From the NCBI RefSeq assembly GCF_028368995.1, contig NZ_JAQNDL010000002.1, forward strand, positions 224,001 to 288,000: a stretch of DNA of 64,000 nt. The letters are read 5' to 3'. Under the pieces are notes generated by a model that was not told the origin of the DNA, ran no database searches, and saw only the letters and a program-made list of their open reading frames with translations. Of the stretch, positions 1 to 9,756 are shown piece after piece. The position numbers and the translations under genes are program-made. Every line of letters starts with the position of its first letter. Positions within the stretch are counted from its first letter, which is position 1. Source of the stretch: Nannocystis bainbridge. Lineage in GTDB: Bacteria > Myxococcota_A > Polyangia > Nannocystales > Nannocystaceae.

Positions 1-622
1 CGAACAGGTTGAGCCGGGCGGGACGGCCGAGCATGTCGTCGAGGGTGGCGAGGGCGCGGCGGATCTGCGGCGGGGCGACGTATGGTTTGTTCAGGTCGCC
101 GGTGGCGTGGAGGGCGGCGAGGAAGCCGAACACGACCAACTCGCGGTCGCCCGAGTGGGTGAGGGCCCGCTGCAAGAAGTCGGGCAGGGAGGCCTTGAGG
201 CGGTCGCGGAGGGCGTCGCCGGGGTCGTCGGCGACGGCCAGGGCGCCCTCGGCCCGCACGCCGAGCCAGCGCTGGAAGCGGGCCAGGCCGAGGCGCGGCA
301 CGGGGATGTCCTCGGAGCCAGGTCCCGAGGCCGCGAAGGCGTGGGCGGCGAGGGTGGTCTGGCTCGGCGCACGCAAGAAATCGGCGATGAAGTCGGCGCG
401 CAGCTCGCGGACCACGGGACGCGACTGCACGAGGGTCTCGCTGCCCTGCACGCCGCCGACGCTCCAGGCCCGCACGAGCGCCGGGTCGACCGGAGGCCCG
501 TCGTCGGCGATGAAGCCGTGGCCCTCGCAGCAGCGCGACAGCACTCCGGCCAACCAACTCGCAGGCACCCCACGACCGTCCGGATTGCCGTGCACAAGCG
601 CAAACAGGGCTACGTTATCCAC
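1..622 (-). CDS. Partial CDS (3' end outside window); class II glutamine amidotransferase-like protein, probably degenerate
   Basis: Manual translation from GTG at 622 gives MDNVALFALVHGNPDG...LKASLPDFLQRALTHSGDRELVVFGFLAALH..., open to the window edge with GC3-biased codons. The LPDFL...D.E..F..FL.LH segment resembles myxobacterial GATase-II-like proteins. Confidence 0.45.
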   Translation of the reverse strand, partial: MDNVALFALVHGNPDGRGVPASWLAGVLSRCCEGHGFIADDGPPVDPALVRAWSVGGVQGSETLVQSRPVVRELRADFIADFLRAPSQTTLAAHAFAASGPGSEDIPVPRLGLARFQRWLGVRAEGALAVADDPGDALRDRLKASLPDFLQRALTHSGDRELVVFGFLAALHATGDLNKPYVAPPQIRRALATLDDMLGRPARLNLF

Positions 623-1034
623 GTTCCGATCATAGCGAGGGGGGGGCGCAGGGACCAGTGCGACGGCGACGGGTCCGCGTCACAGCGGGGCCACGCGCAC
701 ACCGCCCCGCGCGGCGATGCATCGGCGCAGAGTCCGAACGCGGCGGAGGGGCGATCACGAGGGCTTTGCAGAGGTCGCCGTGGGACTCTCGCAGCGTCGG
801 CTCGGTCGCTGCCGGGGTGACGCACGCCAAGTGCGAGATCGCCTGTCGAGGACGGGAAAAACACCCTGGGAGGCCGCGAGAATCGACGGGGGCAGGCGTA
901 TACAGGCACGAATTCGCCTGTTGGGACCGTTGGCGACGATTGCGCCGAAAACTCGCGTGGAGGTAGGTATCGGTGTGAAAATGCTTGCCCGGGGGGTTGC
1001 CGCCGAACGCGGCTTGATCTCAGAATGTGCGCGC

Positions 1035-1721
1035 ATGCGAGTTCCCACGGGCCGCCTCCGGATCGTCAGCACCCAACCCACCGAGGGCGCCGAGGTGCAT
1101 GAGGGACCGCCGTCGCCGGGCCGTTACATCCGGGAGGCGCGACAGCGCCGGGGGATAAGCGTCGAGCAGCTCGCGCTCGAGACCAAGATCCCTCGCCCCA
1201 GCCTCGAGGCGCTCGAGGACGATCGGTTCAGCGCGTTGCCCGGGCCAGTGTTCGTCCGCGGGTTCTTCCGCTGCTGCGCGCGCTCGCTGAGCCTCGACTC
1301 CGACACCGTCGCCGGGTTGCTCCACGACCACCTGCACGCCCAGAAGGCGGGCGCGCAGCGAGGGACGCGGCGCCCCGTGGCCCACTCGGCCAATCATCGA
1401 GCGTCGGCGCCGGTCCAGGCGATCGGCGGCCCGCGCAGGCCGGCTCGCGCCGAGGGTGCGAAGTCGAAGCCGGCCACGGAGTCCGCCCCGCGTCCGGCGG
1501 CGCTGGCAGCGGCCCCCGTGGCTGCCGCAGAGTCGGGCCCGAACGTGGTGTTCGAGGCGGTCCATCGCTTCGGCGTCCAGTCGCTCGACATGCTGCGCGC
1601 GCTCAACCGGATCCCGCAGAGCCGCACGCTGATGTGGATCGCGGTGTGCCTGGTGATCGCCGTGATCGCGGTGACGGCCTTTGCGCTGTCCGGCGGACAG
1701 GTGACCCCGCCGCACTCCTGA
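1035..1721 (+). CDS. RodZ-like HTH (HTH_25) protein with C-terminal TM helix
   Basis: GRYIREARQRRGISVEQLALETKIPRPSLEALEDDRFSALPGPVFVRGFFRCCARSLSLD matches the RodZ N-terminal HTH; hydrophobic C-terminal helix LMWIAVCLVIAVIAVTAFAL. Start uncertain (981 or 1035). Confidence 0.8.
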   Translation: MRVPTGRLRIVSTQPTEGAEVHEGPPSPGRYIREARQRRGISVEQLALETKIPRPSLEALEDDRFSALPGPVFVRGFFRCCARSLSLDSDTVAGLLHDHLHAQKAGAQRGTRRPVAHSANHRASAPVQAIGGPRRPARAEGAKSKPATESAPRPAALAAAPVAAAESGPNVVFEAVHRFGVQSLDMLRALNRIPQSRTLMWIAVCLVIAVIAVTAFALSGGQVTPPHS

Positions 1722-1892
1722 TGCCTCGAGTCGTCGCGCCCCCTCCTTACTTAAGGAAGAGGCAGTGACGCTCGACGCTGCGGTCGCGTGAACTCCGGCG
1801 TAAGGCGGTCAAATCGTGGCGAAGACCCGTGACACGCGGTTTGGGCACGGATTGGCGCCTGCTCGTGGACGGTTGCGTATAGTGGCCCCCGC

Positions 1893-3251
1893 ATGACGCC
1901 GGCGCTCAACCAAAACGATCTGGCGCGGCTGGTCCATGCGGGCGATCCGCGGCGGGTCGCGCGGGCGCTCGCGCGGCTGGACGCCGTACAGATCGCGGCG
2001 TACCTCGACAACTTCGAGCCGCACGAGCAGGACCTGGTGTTCCAGGCGCTGCCCGCGGAGCGGCGGCCGCAGGTGCTGGCGGCGATGCGCTACGAGGTGG
2101 CGGCGGAGCTGATCGGCAGGCGGGCGCCCGAAGAGGCGGCCGGGATGCTCGGCGACATCCAGGAAGATGACGCGGCCGACATCCTGGGCCGCGTCGACGA
2201 GGGCAAGCTGCGCGAGATCCTGGCGCACTACGGCGACGAGGACGCGCATGCGCTCGAGGAGCTGCTGGCGTACGGCGAGCGCACCGCGGGCGGCATCATG
2301 TCGCCCGAGGTCTTCTCGATCCACCACGACGTGACGATCGCGGAGGCGACCCGGATGGTGCAGACGGCGGACGACCTGCCGCAGCACGTCCACTACCTCT
2401 ATGTCGTCGACGAGCACGACCGCCTGGTCGGGGTGATCGGGCTGCGTCAGCTGGTGCGCAGCAAGCCGGACATGCCGATTCACGCGGTGATGACGACCGA
2501 GCTGGTGTCCGTGACGGCCGAGACAGATCAGGAGCAGGTCGCCGAGCTGGTGAGCCGCTACGACCTGGTCGGCATCCCGGTGGTCGACGACCAGCGGCGG
2601 CTGCTCGGCGTGATCACGATCGACGACATCCTCGACGTCGTCCGCGAAGAGGCGACCGAGGACATCCTGAAGATGGCGGGCGCGGGCCAGATGATGGTCG
2701 AGACCCGCACCTTCTCGGCCAGCTTCCGCGCCCGCATGCCCTGGCTCCTGGCGGCGGCGGCGGGCGGGCTGCTGGTGGCGGCGTCGCTGCAGGGCTTCGA
2801 GGGGGCGCTGCAGTCGGTGCCGGCGCTGGCGCTGTTCATGCCGGTGGTCGCCGGGATGGGCGGCAACGTCGGCACGCAGAGCTCGACGATCGTCGTTCGC
2901 GGCCTGGCGGTCGGCTACGTCGAGACCAATCGGCTCGGCCGGCTGGTGCTCCGCGAGGTGGGGCTCGGCGCGACGCTCGGCGCGCTCTACGGCACCGGGA
3001 TCGCGGTCGCGGCGCCGTTCGTCGGCGCGACCAGCAGCGATCCGGTCCACCTCGGCGCGGTCATCACCCTGGGGATGATGGGCAGCATGATGATCGCGGC
3101 GGCCGTGGGCACCAGCGTGCCCCTGCTCATGAACCGGCTCAACATCGACCCGGCGGTGGCGACGGGGCCGTTCGTGACGACCTCGGTCGACATCCTGGGC
3201 CTGCTCTTCTACTTCTGGCTGGCGACGGTGCTGCTCGGAATCTCCGGCTGA
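1893..3251 (+). CDS. mgtE: Magnesium transporter MgtE
   Basis: MgtE N-domain, TAGGIM, two CBS domains, GMGGNVGTQSSTIVVRGLA, DPAVATGPFVTTSVDILG. Confidence 0.97.
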   Translation: MTPALNQNDLARLVHAGDPRRVARALARLDAVQIAAYLDNFEPHEQDLVFQALPAERRPQVLAAMRYEVAAELIGRRAPEEAAGMLGDIQEDDAADILGRVDEGKLREILAHYGDEDAHALEELLAYGERTAGGIMSPEVFSIHHDVTIAEATRMVQTADDLPQHVHYLYVVDEHDRLVGVIGLRQLVRSKPDMPIHAVMTTELVSVTAETDQEQVAELVSRYDLVGIPVVDDQRRLLGVITIDDILDVVREEATEDILKMAGAGQMMVETRTFSASFRARMPWLLAAAAGGLLVAASLQGFEGALQSVPALALFMPVVAGMGGNVGTQSSTIVVRGLAVGYVETNRLGRLVLREVGLGATLGALYGTGIAVAAPFVGATSSDPVHLGAVITLGMMGSMMIAAAVGTSVPLLMNRLNIDPAVATGPFVTTSVDILGLLFYFWLATVLLGISG

Positions 3252-3278
3252 CCGCGGCGGTTGTCCCCGAACTCGCGC

Positions 3279-4046
3279 ATGCAGTCGCAACCAACGCCCG
3301 CGGTCATCCTCCGCACGCGCCCGCTCGGCGAGGCGGACCTGATCGCGATCGTGCTGACGCCGGAGCAAGGCAAGCTCGAGACGGCGGCGGCGCGGGCCCG
3401 CAACTCGAAGAAGCGGTTCGCCGGCGGGCTGTCGCCGGGGATGCGCGGGGTGGCGGCGATCGCTCGCGGGCGCGGGGCGCTGCTGCGGCTGGAGAGCTTC
3501 GACGCGACCGCCGCGCACGCGCCGGTCGGCGCCGACCTGACGCGCTTCGCCTATGTGGCCTACCTCTGCGAGCTGACCGACGAGCTGGTGCTGGCGCGCC
3601 ACCCTGACCCGGAGCTGTTCGCGGCCCTGTGTCTGGCGCTCGAGCAGATCATCGCCGGGGCGCCGCAGGCGCTGCATCTGCGGCAGTACGAGCTGGCGCT
3701 GCTGCGCTGCCTGGGGCTGTCGCCGGCGCTGACGCGCTGCTGCGTGTGCGGGGTCGAGGTCGAGGTCGAGGGCGACGGCAGCGCGGCGTTCGACGGGCCG
3801 CGCGGCGGGGTGCTGTGCCTGGAGCACGAGCGCGGGGCGCCGCGGCTGCCGACCGCTGCGCTGGCGGCGATCCACCACCTCGAGTCGGGCGGCGATCCGG
3901 CGGCGCTGGCCTCGGCCCCGCCGGCGCTGCGCCGGGCGGTGCGTGACGCGATCCAGTCGATCGTCCGCTCACACCTGCGGCGCCCGCTGCACGCGCAGGC
4001 CTTCTTCGCGGCGCTGCCGCGCGACGCCGGCGCGGAGGGGGTGTAG
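3279..4046 (+). CDS. recO: DNA repair protein RecO
   Basis: AVILRTRPLGEADLIAIVLTPEQGKL..ARARNSKKRF; Zn-finger CCVCG...GGVLC. Confidence 0.93.
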   Translation: MQSQPTPAVILRTRPLGEADLIAIVLTPEQGKLETAAARARNSKKRFAGGLSPGMRGVAAIARGRGALLRLESFDATAAHAPVGADLTRFAYVAYLCELTDELVLARHPDPELFAALCLALEQIIAGAPQALHLRQYELALLRCLGLSPALTRCCVCGVEVEVEGDGSAAFDGPRGGVLCLEHERGAPRLPTAALAAIHHLESGGDPAALASAPPALRRAVRDAIQSIVRSHLRRPLHAQAFFAALPRDAGAEGV

Positions 4047-4076
4047 GTGCCGCGCGGCTGTGTTAGGGTCCCGCCG

Positions 4077-6044
4077 ATGTCGCGCCCCAAGTCTGCGTTC
4101 GCGTGTGCGCTGGCCGTGCTCGCCGCGTTGGGCGCTTGTGAGCGGCGCAATCAGGGCATCTCGGCCGCCGAGGCCGGGATCTACTTCCCGGCGGCGCTGA
4201 CGCTCGACCCGCGCGTCGCCGACGGCGACCCGGCGCGGTGGTTGTTCGTCGCCAACGCCAACAGCAACCTGGCCTACAACGCCGGCTCGCTGGTCGCCGT
4301 CGATCTCGATCGGTTCTTCCACGCGTGGATGAACTGCCCGAGCCTCTGCCTCTACAAGGTCGACGACGGCACCTGCAGCGCCGCCGCCAAGACCGACCCG
4401 TGCGGGATCCGTGAGACCGTGCAGGACATCGGCGAAGACGTCGACGCCGACACGCCGTGTCGCCACGCCGCGTTCCGTCCGCAGGTGATCGAGTGCGAGG
4501 ACACGCAGGTGATCGCCCGCGTCGACGTCGACGGCGACGGCGAGTCCGACAAGCCGCTGTCGGTGCGCATGGGCAGCTTCATCACCGCGCTGGCGGGGTG
4601 GAGCCGCAGCGCCAAGGAGGCGCTGCTGCTGGCGACGGTGAAGGCCGACCCGAGCATCACCTGGGTCGAGCTCACCGGCGGCATCGCAAAGCCCTTCGAT
4701 CCCGAGCGACCGCTGGCGCCGACCGACCTCTCGTTCGAGTGCGGGCAGGGCACGACCGACCTGTTCGACTCGGGACGCTGCGCCCGCTCCGGCGACGACT
4801 CGCACGCGCTGCGCTTCCCGTTCGACGACGGCGACAACCGCCGCATCGGCCCGGAGCCGTCGAACATCCTGGTGTCGAAGCTGCGCAACTGGGCGTTCGT
4901 GACGTTCGCGACCACGCCCGAGGTGGTGCTGATCGACCTCGCGTACCCGGTCGGCGGGCAGCTGCCGGCCAACCCCGACGACACCACCGGCGAGCCCGAC
5001 ACGACCACCGGCACGTCGACGACCACGAGCACCTCGACGACCAGCGACACGACCGACACGTCGAGCACGACCGACGCCTCGAGCACGACGGACACCTCGA
5101 GCACGACCGACGCCACGAGCGCGGGCGACACCTCGACGACCACCGGCGCGCCGCCCGAGCCCGAGCCGGTGCCGCCGGGGACCAAGCCGCTCATCGTCGA
5201 CGCGCGCTCGGTGTTCCTCATCGGCGAGTCGTTCGGCGGCGGCGGGTGGGGGATGGCCGAAAGGCCATGTGTGCCCGGCAGCTCGCAGGTGCCCAACGTG
5301 ACGAAGGTGCCGGTCACCGCTGACGGCGAGCCGACCGACTGCGGGCGCTCGCTGATCTACAGCAGCTTCCGCACCGGCCTGTTCTTCGCCCGCCTGACCC
5401 CGGACGAGGCGCTGCCGACCGCCAACCAGGTGTGCATCGGCGCGCCGCGGCTCGACGCCGAGGGCAACCCGATCGACCAGGAGGGCCAGCCGATCGACGC
5501 GCCCGAGCCGGTGCAAGCGGGCGAGCCGGGGGCGCTGCTGTGCACGCCGCAGATCTTCTCGGCGGGGTTCACGTCGGCGGTCGGCTTCACGGTGCCGCAG
5601 GGCTCGGGGCAGATGGGCGACATCGCCTTCTCGCGCGACGGCCGGCGCCTGTTCGCGGTCCAGAGCAGCCCCGGCGCGCTGCTGTTCGTCGACACCAGCG
5701 TCGACGAGCGCGGCGAGACCCGCGACGAGTCGGCCGGCCTCGTCGAGCTGTGCAGCGGCCCGAGCCGCATGGCGCTGTTCGAGGACGGCGCCAACGAGTA
5801 CGCGGCGGTGTCGTGCCCGACGCCCAGCGAGGTGTTCATCATCGATCTGTCCGGCTTCCGCGTGGTCGCCAACGTGGCCACCGGCGCCGGCCCGCACCCG
5901 ATCGTGGTCGACCAGGCGCGCCAGCTGCTCTACGTCGGCAACACCCTCGACGCCACCGTCAGCGTCATCGACATCGCCCGCGACCGCCCGACGCGATTCG
6001 CCGAGATCGCTCGCGTCGGCCTGCAAACGCCCTACAAGCGCTAG
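4077..6044 (+). CDS. Lipoprotein with YVTN/beta-propeller region and internal Thr/Ser/Asp-rich linker
   Basis: Lipobox ALGAC; LFVANANS, DIAFSRDGRRLFAV, VATGAGPHPIVVD, LYVGNTLDATVSVID propeller motifs. Confidence 0.8.
   Translation: MSRPKSAFACALAVLAALGACERRNQGISAAEAGIYFPAALTLDPRVADGDPARWLFVANANSNLAYNAGSLVAVDLDRFFHAWMNCPSLCLYKVDDGTCSAAAKTDPCGIRETVQDIGEDVDADTPCRHAAFRPQVIECEDTQVIARVDVDGDGESDKPLSVRMGSFITALAGWSRSAKEALLLATVKADPSITWVELTGGIAKPFDPERPLAPTDLSFECGQGTTDLFDSGRCARSGDDSHALRFPFDDGDNRRIGPEPSNILVSKLRNWAFVTFATTPEVVLIDLAYPVGGQLPANPDDTTGEPDTTTGTSTTTSTSTTSDTTDTSSTTDASSTTDTSSTTDATSAGDTSTTTGAPPEPEPVPPGTKPLIVDARSVFLIGESFGGGGWGMAERPCVPGSSQVPNVTKVPVTADGEPTDCGRSLIYSSFRTGLFFARLTPDEALPTANQVCIGAPRLDAEGNPIDQEGQPIDAPEPVQAGEPGALLCTPQIFSAGFTSAVGFTVPQGSGQMGDIAFSRDGRRLFAVQSSPGALLFVDTSVDERGETRDESAGLVELCSGPSRMALFEDGANEYAAVSCPTPSEVFIIDLSGFRVVANVATGAGPHPIVVDQARQLLYVGNTLDATVSVIDIARDRPTRFAEIARVGLQTPYKR
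4981..5145 (+). repeat. Low-complexity Thr-rich coding repeat (~18-bp units, TTD[T/A]SS)
   Basis: Repeated cgagcacgaccgac-like units encoding TTDTSS-TTDASS-TTDTSS. Confidence 0.7.
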
Positions 6045-6048
6045 CCCG

Positions 6049-9000
6049 ATGACCCGCCGCCCCGCAACCACGCGTGTGAACCTCTCGGCCCTCGCCGCGC
6101 TCGTCGTGCTCACCGCGGGCGCGACCAGCTGCGGCAACCGCCAGAACCAGGTCGTCCCCAACCGCGTGCTCGACCGCCCGCTCGACATGGCGCTCGCGTG
6201 CGTGCGCAACGAGAACGGGGTGCTCACGCCGCAGTCGCTCGACCTGTGCTCCGACGCGGTGTCCGAGTCGGTGTGCGGCGACCTGCGGTTGGTCGGCTTC
6301 GTCGCCAACTCCGAGCGCAACGACATCGCGATGTTCAGCCGCTGCGCCGGCTCGGTCATCGACATGAACATCGGCGCGCCGGGGCCCCAGCTCATCAGCG
6401 CCGGCGAGGTGCCGTCGAGCATGACGGTGACGACCGGCCTGCAGGCGGGCTGCTTCGCCGTCTCGGGCAACCTCGGCAGCTGCGACCTGAGCGTGCTCGA
6501 CGTCACCGGCCTGGCCTCGTACGCCTTCGAAGAGCCGCCCGAGGAGGACCCGGCGGCCTACGTGTCGACGGTGGCGCCGCGCCGCGCCGACGGCACGCCG
6601 CTCGGCGCCCGCCCCGGGCAGGTGCTGGCGGTGCCGCCCGAACTGAGCAACACCGGCGAGCCGATGCAGGGCTGCGACCCGGCCAACCCGGGCAGCGTGT
6701 ACGTCACGTTCCCGTCGTGCCAGCTGATCGCCGAGGTCGACTTGCGGACCCAGCGGATCCTGCAGAGCCGTCAGTTCGTGCGCGACCCCAAGAACGACGC
6801 GATCACGGTGGTCGACACCGGCGCCGATCCGTCGTGCCCGATCGACTGCGCCGAGCAGTTCGAGGACCCCGACTACGCCGACGCGCTGGCCAGCGCGCCG
6901 ACCGGCGACCCCGACGGCATGTACCCGCTGGCGATGGCGCTCGTGACCCCGCCGGTCGATCCGACCGCCTGCGTCGACCTCGCCGACCTCGCCATCGAGG
7001 ACGTCTCGCTGTACGTCGGCGGGCTCGGGTCCGACAACGTCTACGAGCTCCGCTTCGACAACAAGACCTGGACCGACGATCCGCTCGAGTTCGAGTTGAC
7101 GGCGGCGCAGGGCATCTCGGCGATCCGGCCGACGCCGCCGATGCTGATGGCGAGCGGCAACAACCTCGAGCCGGAGCCGTATCAGTTCCTCTACGTGATC
7201 GCGGGCGACGGCTCGACCCGCGTGGTGCGGCGCGACTTCAGCCCCAACCGCACGGAGCTCGGCAGCGAGTGCGACACGCAGGTCGACCCGACGGTGGTGA
7301 CGGCCGCCGCGTGTCACCCGGCCGAGTTCCCCGGCGAAAATCCGCCGGACCGGCGGCCGTTCGCGCGCGGGCCGGGCATCCGCGGGCCCAACGGCTCGCT
7401 CATCACCGACTGGACGTTCCAGAAGTGGTACCGCTCGTCCGAGGTCGAGGCCGCCGGCGGCAGCTTCGATCGCTGCCCGTCGAGCAGCGCCGACACGGCC
7501 GAGGCGACCGCCGAGGGCCGCGAAATCTCGTCGCCGTTCACCGGCCCGGGCGTGGTCGGCGTGGCCTCGACCAGCTTCGGTCGCCTCGTCTTCGGCGTGT
7601 TCGATCAGTTCCAGGACGATCGCCGGATCGCCACCGCGTACGACTACCTCGGGATCATGGACGCCCAGATCCCGCCGCACTCGCTGTGGCCCAACGTCGA
7701 CCCGACGCAGCCGACGACCACGATCGAGTCGCTGCCGCGGATGGACGACAAGGCGCCCGAGCGCCTGCTGCCGAACGGCATCTCCGATCCGACGGTGACG
7801 CGCGTGCTGTCGCCGAGCCTGCGCCGGATCGATCGCGCCTACGAGACGCGCGTGAGCTGCGACGACGACAACGACTGCAACGACAGCCGCTGCTTGAAGA
7901 GCCCTGGCGAGGTCACGGGCTACTGCGAGCAGCTCGGTCCGGCCCTGTCGCCGCCGGTGTCCGAGCGCGAGCAGGATCGCCTGGCCAAGAGCGACGCGGA
8001 CGACGACGTGATGGCGTCCGGCCTCTACGAGAACGACGTCGTCCGGGCCGTGGTGCGCGACTACTCGGCGTGGGTGACCGGGACGTGGAACCTCTTCTGG
8101 GAGGGCGAGATCCCGGGCACCACCAGCTCGAGCGGGCAGCTGCTGTGCGAGGAGCCCGGCTGGGCCGGCGGCACCTGCCTCAGCACCACCGCCGGTGACA
8201 CCCGCCTGGTCGACAAGACCGCGCAGTTCTGCGAGCGCGGCGTGCTCGGCGGCGACAAGCTGTTCATCCTCGGCTGCAACCAGGACCCCGAGTGCGGCGC
8301 CGGTCAGTACTGCTTGCTCGATCCGCAGGCGCCGGCGGGCTCGCCGGGCCTGTGCGTGTCGGAGGTCTCGTACGGCACTTCGCGCGAGGAGCTGCTGCAG
8401 ATGTGTCGCCCGTTCCTGCGCGACGACTGCGGCTCGGCGCGGCGCGAGTGGGCGATCACGCGGGCGTTCCAGCAGGAGCTGTGGCTGCAGGTGCTCGACC
8501 GTCCGCTCGACTCGTTCGTGATGATGCGCGGCGAGGGCACCTCCGCTTCGACGCCGGTCACCGAGGTGGAGCGCGAGGGCCTGTGCCGCGGCGACTACGT
8601 GGTCGGTCACGTCGTCGACGACGAGGCGACCTGCGCGCGCGCGTCTGACGAGCCGAACTGCGGCGCCGACGGGGCGCTGCCGTGCTGCTCGCCCGACTAC
8701 GAGTTCATCGGCGATCCCGGGTTCGTCGAGTGCGAGGGCCGCCTGTCCTGCGCCCCGGCGCAGCCCGACAACGGTTGCAGCACCCACGCCGACTGCGCGG
8801 CGCTGTCGTCCGAGTTCCCGCTGTGCCTCGACGGCCTGTGCAAGCGCCAGTGCGGGGATGACGAGGACTGCTCGCTGACGCCGTTGCCCGGGCCCGAGTG
8901 CTTCCGCGAGCTCATTCGCTACCAGGTGCTCGCGCGCAACAGCTTCATCGTGCGCGGGCCGTACGACTTCCTGCCGCAGAAGGTGAAGGCCGATCCGGAC

Positions 9001-9633
9001 TCGGGGGAGTGCTACGAAGATCCCGAGGTCTCGAACCTTCTCACCAGCCGGATCCGCCTCGGCGAGGACGAGCAGGACTCGCGGCAGAACTCGCTGTGGC
9101 CGATCCCCAGCTGCCCGGCCGGGAGCAATCGGCCCGACGGGGCGGCGCCGAACCCCTGCTTCATCGACGTGTCGCGCCCGGCGACGCTGAGCAGCCAGGA
9201 CACCGCTCGCGCGCTGTACCACTTCTTCATGTACGGCCCGCCCGAGGACGGTCAGCGCCCGGTGCCGGCGATCCGCTACAGCAACCCGATGATGAGCTTC
9301 GTGCTCGACCTGACGAGCCTGCTCGATCTGGCGGCGCCGATCCCGGGCACCGACGACGCGCTGTGGCCGGCCGAGTTCGCCGAGTTCAAGCGATCGCGGA
9401 TCCCGGGTCGCGCCCGCGAAGCGTTCGGGACCAAGGCGGGTTATGCGCCTTATGACGCAAATGTGGTCACGGCCAGCGTGACGCTGACGGGGCCGACGCG
9501 GGTCGTAAACGCGCCCGAGCTCTCGACCGTGTTCGTGGTCGACAGCGCTGGCGGCACGACGCGCGGGCAGGTCGTGCGCGTGACCCTCGCCGGCGGTCAG
9601 GTCCAGCCCGACGTCCGGTTCCTGGTCCGCTAG
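6049..9633 (+). CDS. Large Cys-rich lipoprotein of unknown function (1194 aa)
   Basis: Lipobox ATSC; strong GC3 frame; many short disulfide-type modules (CDDDNDCNDSRC, CNQDPECGAGQYC, CSTHADC); starts 5 bp after upstream stop. Confidence 0.85.
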   Translation: MTRRPATTRVNLSALAALVVLTAGATSCGNRQNQVVPNRVLDRPLDMALACVRNENGVLTPQSLDLCSDAVSESVCGDLRLVGFVANSERNDIAMFSRCAGSVIDMNIGAPGPQLISAGEVPSSMTVTTGLQAGCFAVSGNLGSCDLSVLDVTGLASYAFEEPPEEDPAAYVSTVAPRRADGTPLGARPGQVLAVPPELSNTGEPMQGCDPANPGSVYVTFPSCQLIAEVDLRTQRILQSRQFVRDPKNDAITVVDTGADPSCPIDCAEQFEDPDYADALASAPTGDPDGMYPLAMALVTPPVDPTACVDLADLAIEDVSLYVGGLGSDNVYELRFDNKTWTDDPLEFELTAAQGISAIRPTPPMLMASGNNLEPEPYQFLYVIAGDGSTRVVRRDFSPNRTELGSECDTQVDPTVVTAAACHPAEFPGENPPDRRPFARGPGIRGPNGSLITDWTFQKWYRSSEVEAAGGSFDRCPSSSADTAEATAEGREISSPFTGPGVVGVASTSFGRLVFGVFDQFQDDRRIATAYDYLGIMDAQIPPHSLWPNVDPTQPTTTIESLPRMDDKAPERLLPNGISDPTVTRVLSPSLRRIDRAYETRVSCDDDNDCNDSRCLKSPGEVTGYCEQLGPALSPPVSEREQDRLAKSDADDDVMASGLYENDVVRAVVRDYSAWVTGTWNLFWEGEIPGTTSSSGQLLCEEPGWAGGTCLSTTAGDTRLVDKTAQFCERGVLGGDKLFILGCNQDPECGAGQYCLLDPQAPAGSPGLCVSEVSYGTSREELLQMCRPFLRDDCGSARREWAITRAFQQELWLQVLDRPLDSFVMMRGEGTSASTPVTEVEREGLCRGDYVVGHVVDDEATCARASDEPNCGADGALPCCSPDYEFIGDPGFVECEGRLSCAPAQPDNGCSTHADCAALSSEFPLCLDGLCKRQCGDDEDCSLTPLPGPECFRELIRYQVLARNSFIVRGPYDFLPQKVKADPDSGECYEDPEVSNLLTSRIRLGEDEQDSRQNSLWPIPSCPAGSNRPDGAAPNPCFIDVSRPATLSSQDTARALYHFFMYGPPEDGQRPVPAIRYSNPMMSFVLDLTSLLDLAAPIPGTDDALWPAEFAEFKRSRIPGRAREAFGTKAGYAPYDANVVTASVTLTGPTRVVNAPELSTVFVVDSAGGTTRGQVVRVTLAGGQVQPDVRFLVR

Positions 9634-9756
9634 GAACGCCGACCCCGGCGGGTCCTGCGAGCGTGAGGGGGCGGGACTGCCGCCGCCCGCGCAGCGGGGC
9701 CTGGGGGCGTGGAGCAGCGCGGTGAGGCTTGGGGGCGCCCCGGCACTTGCGTTACC

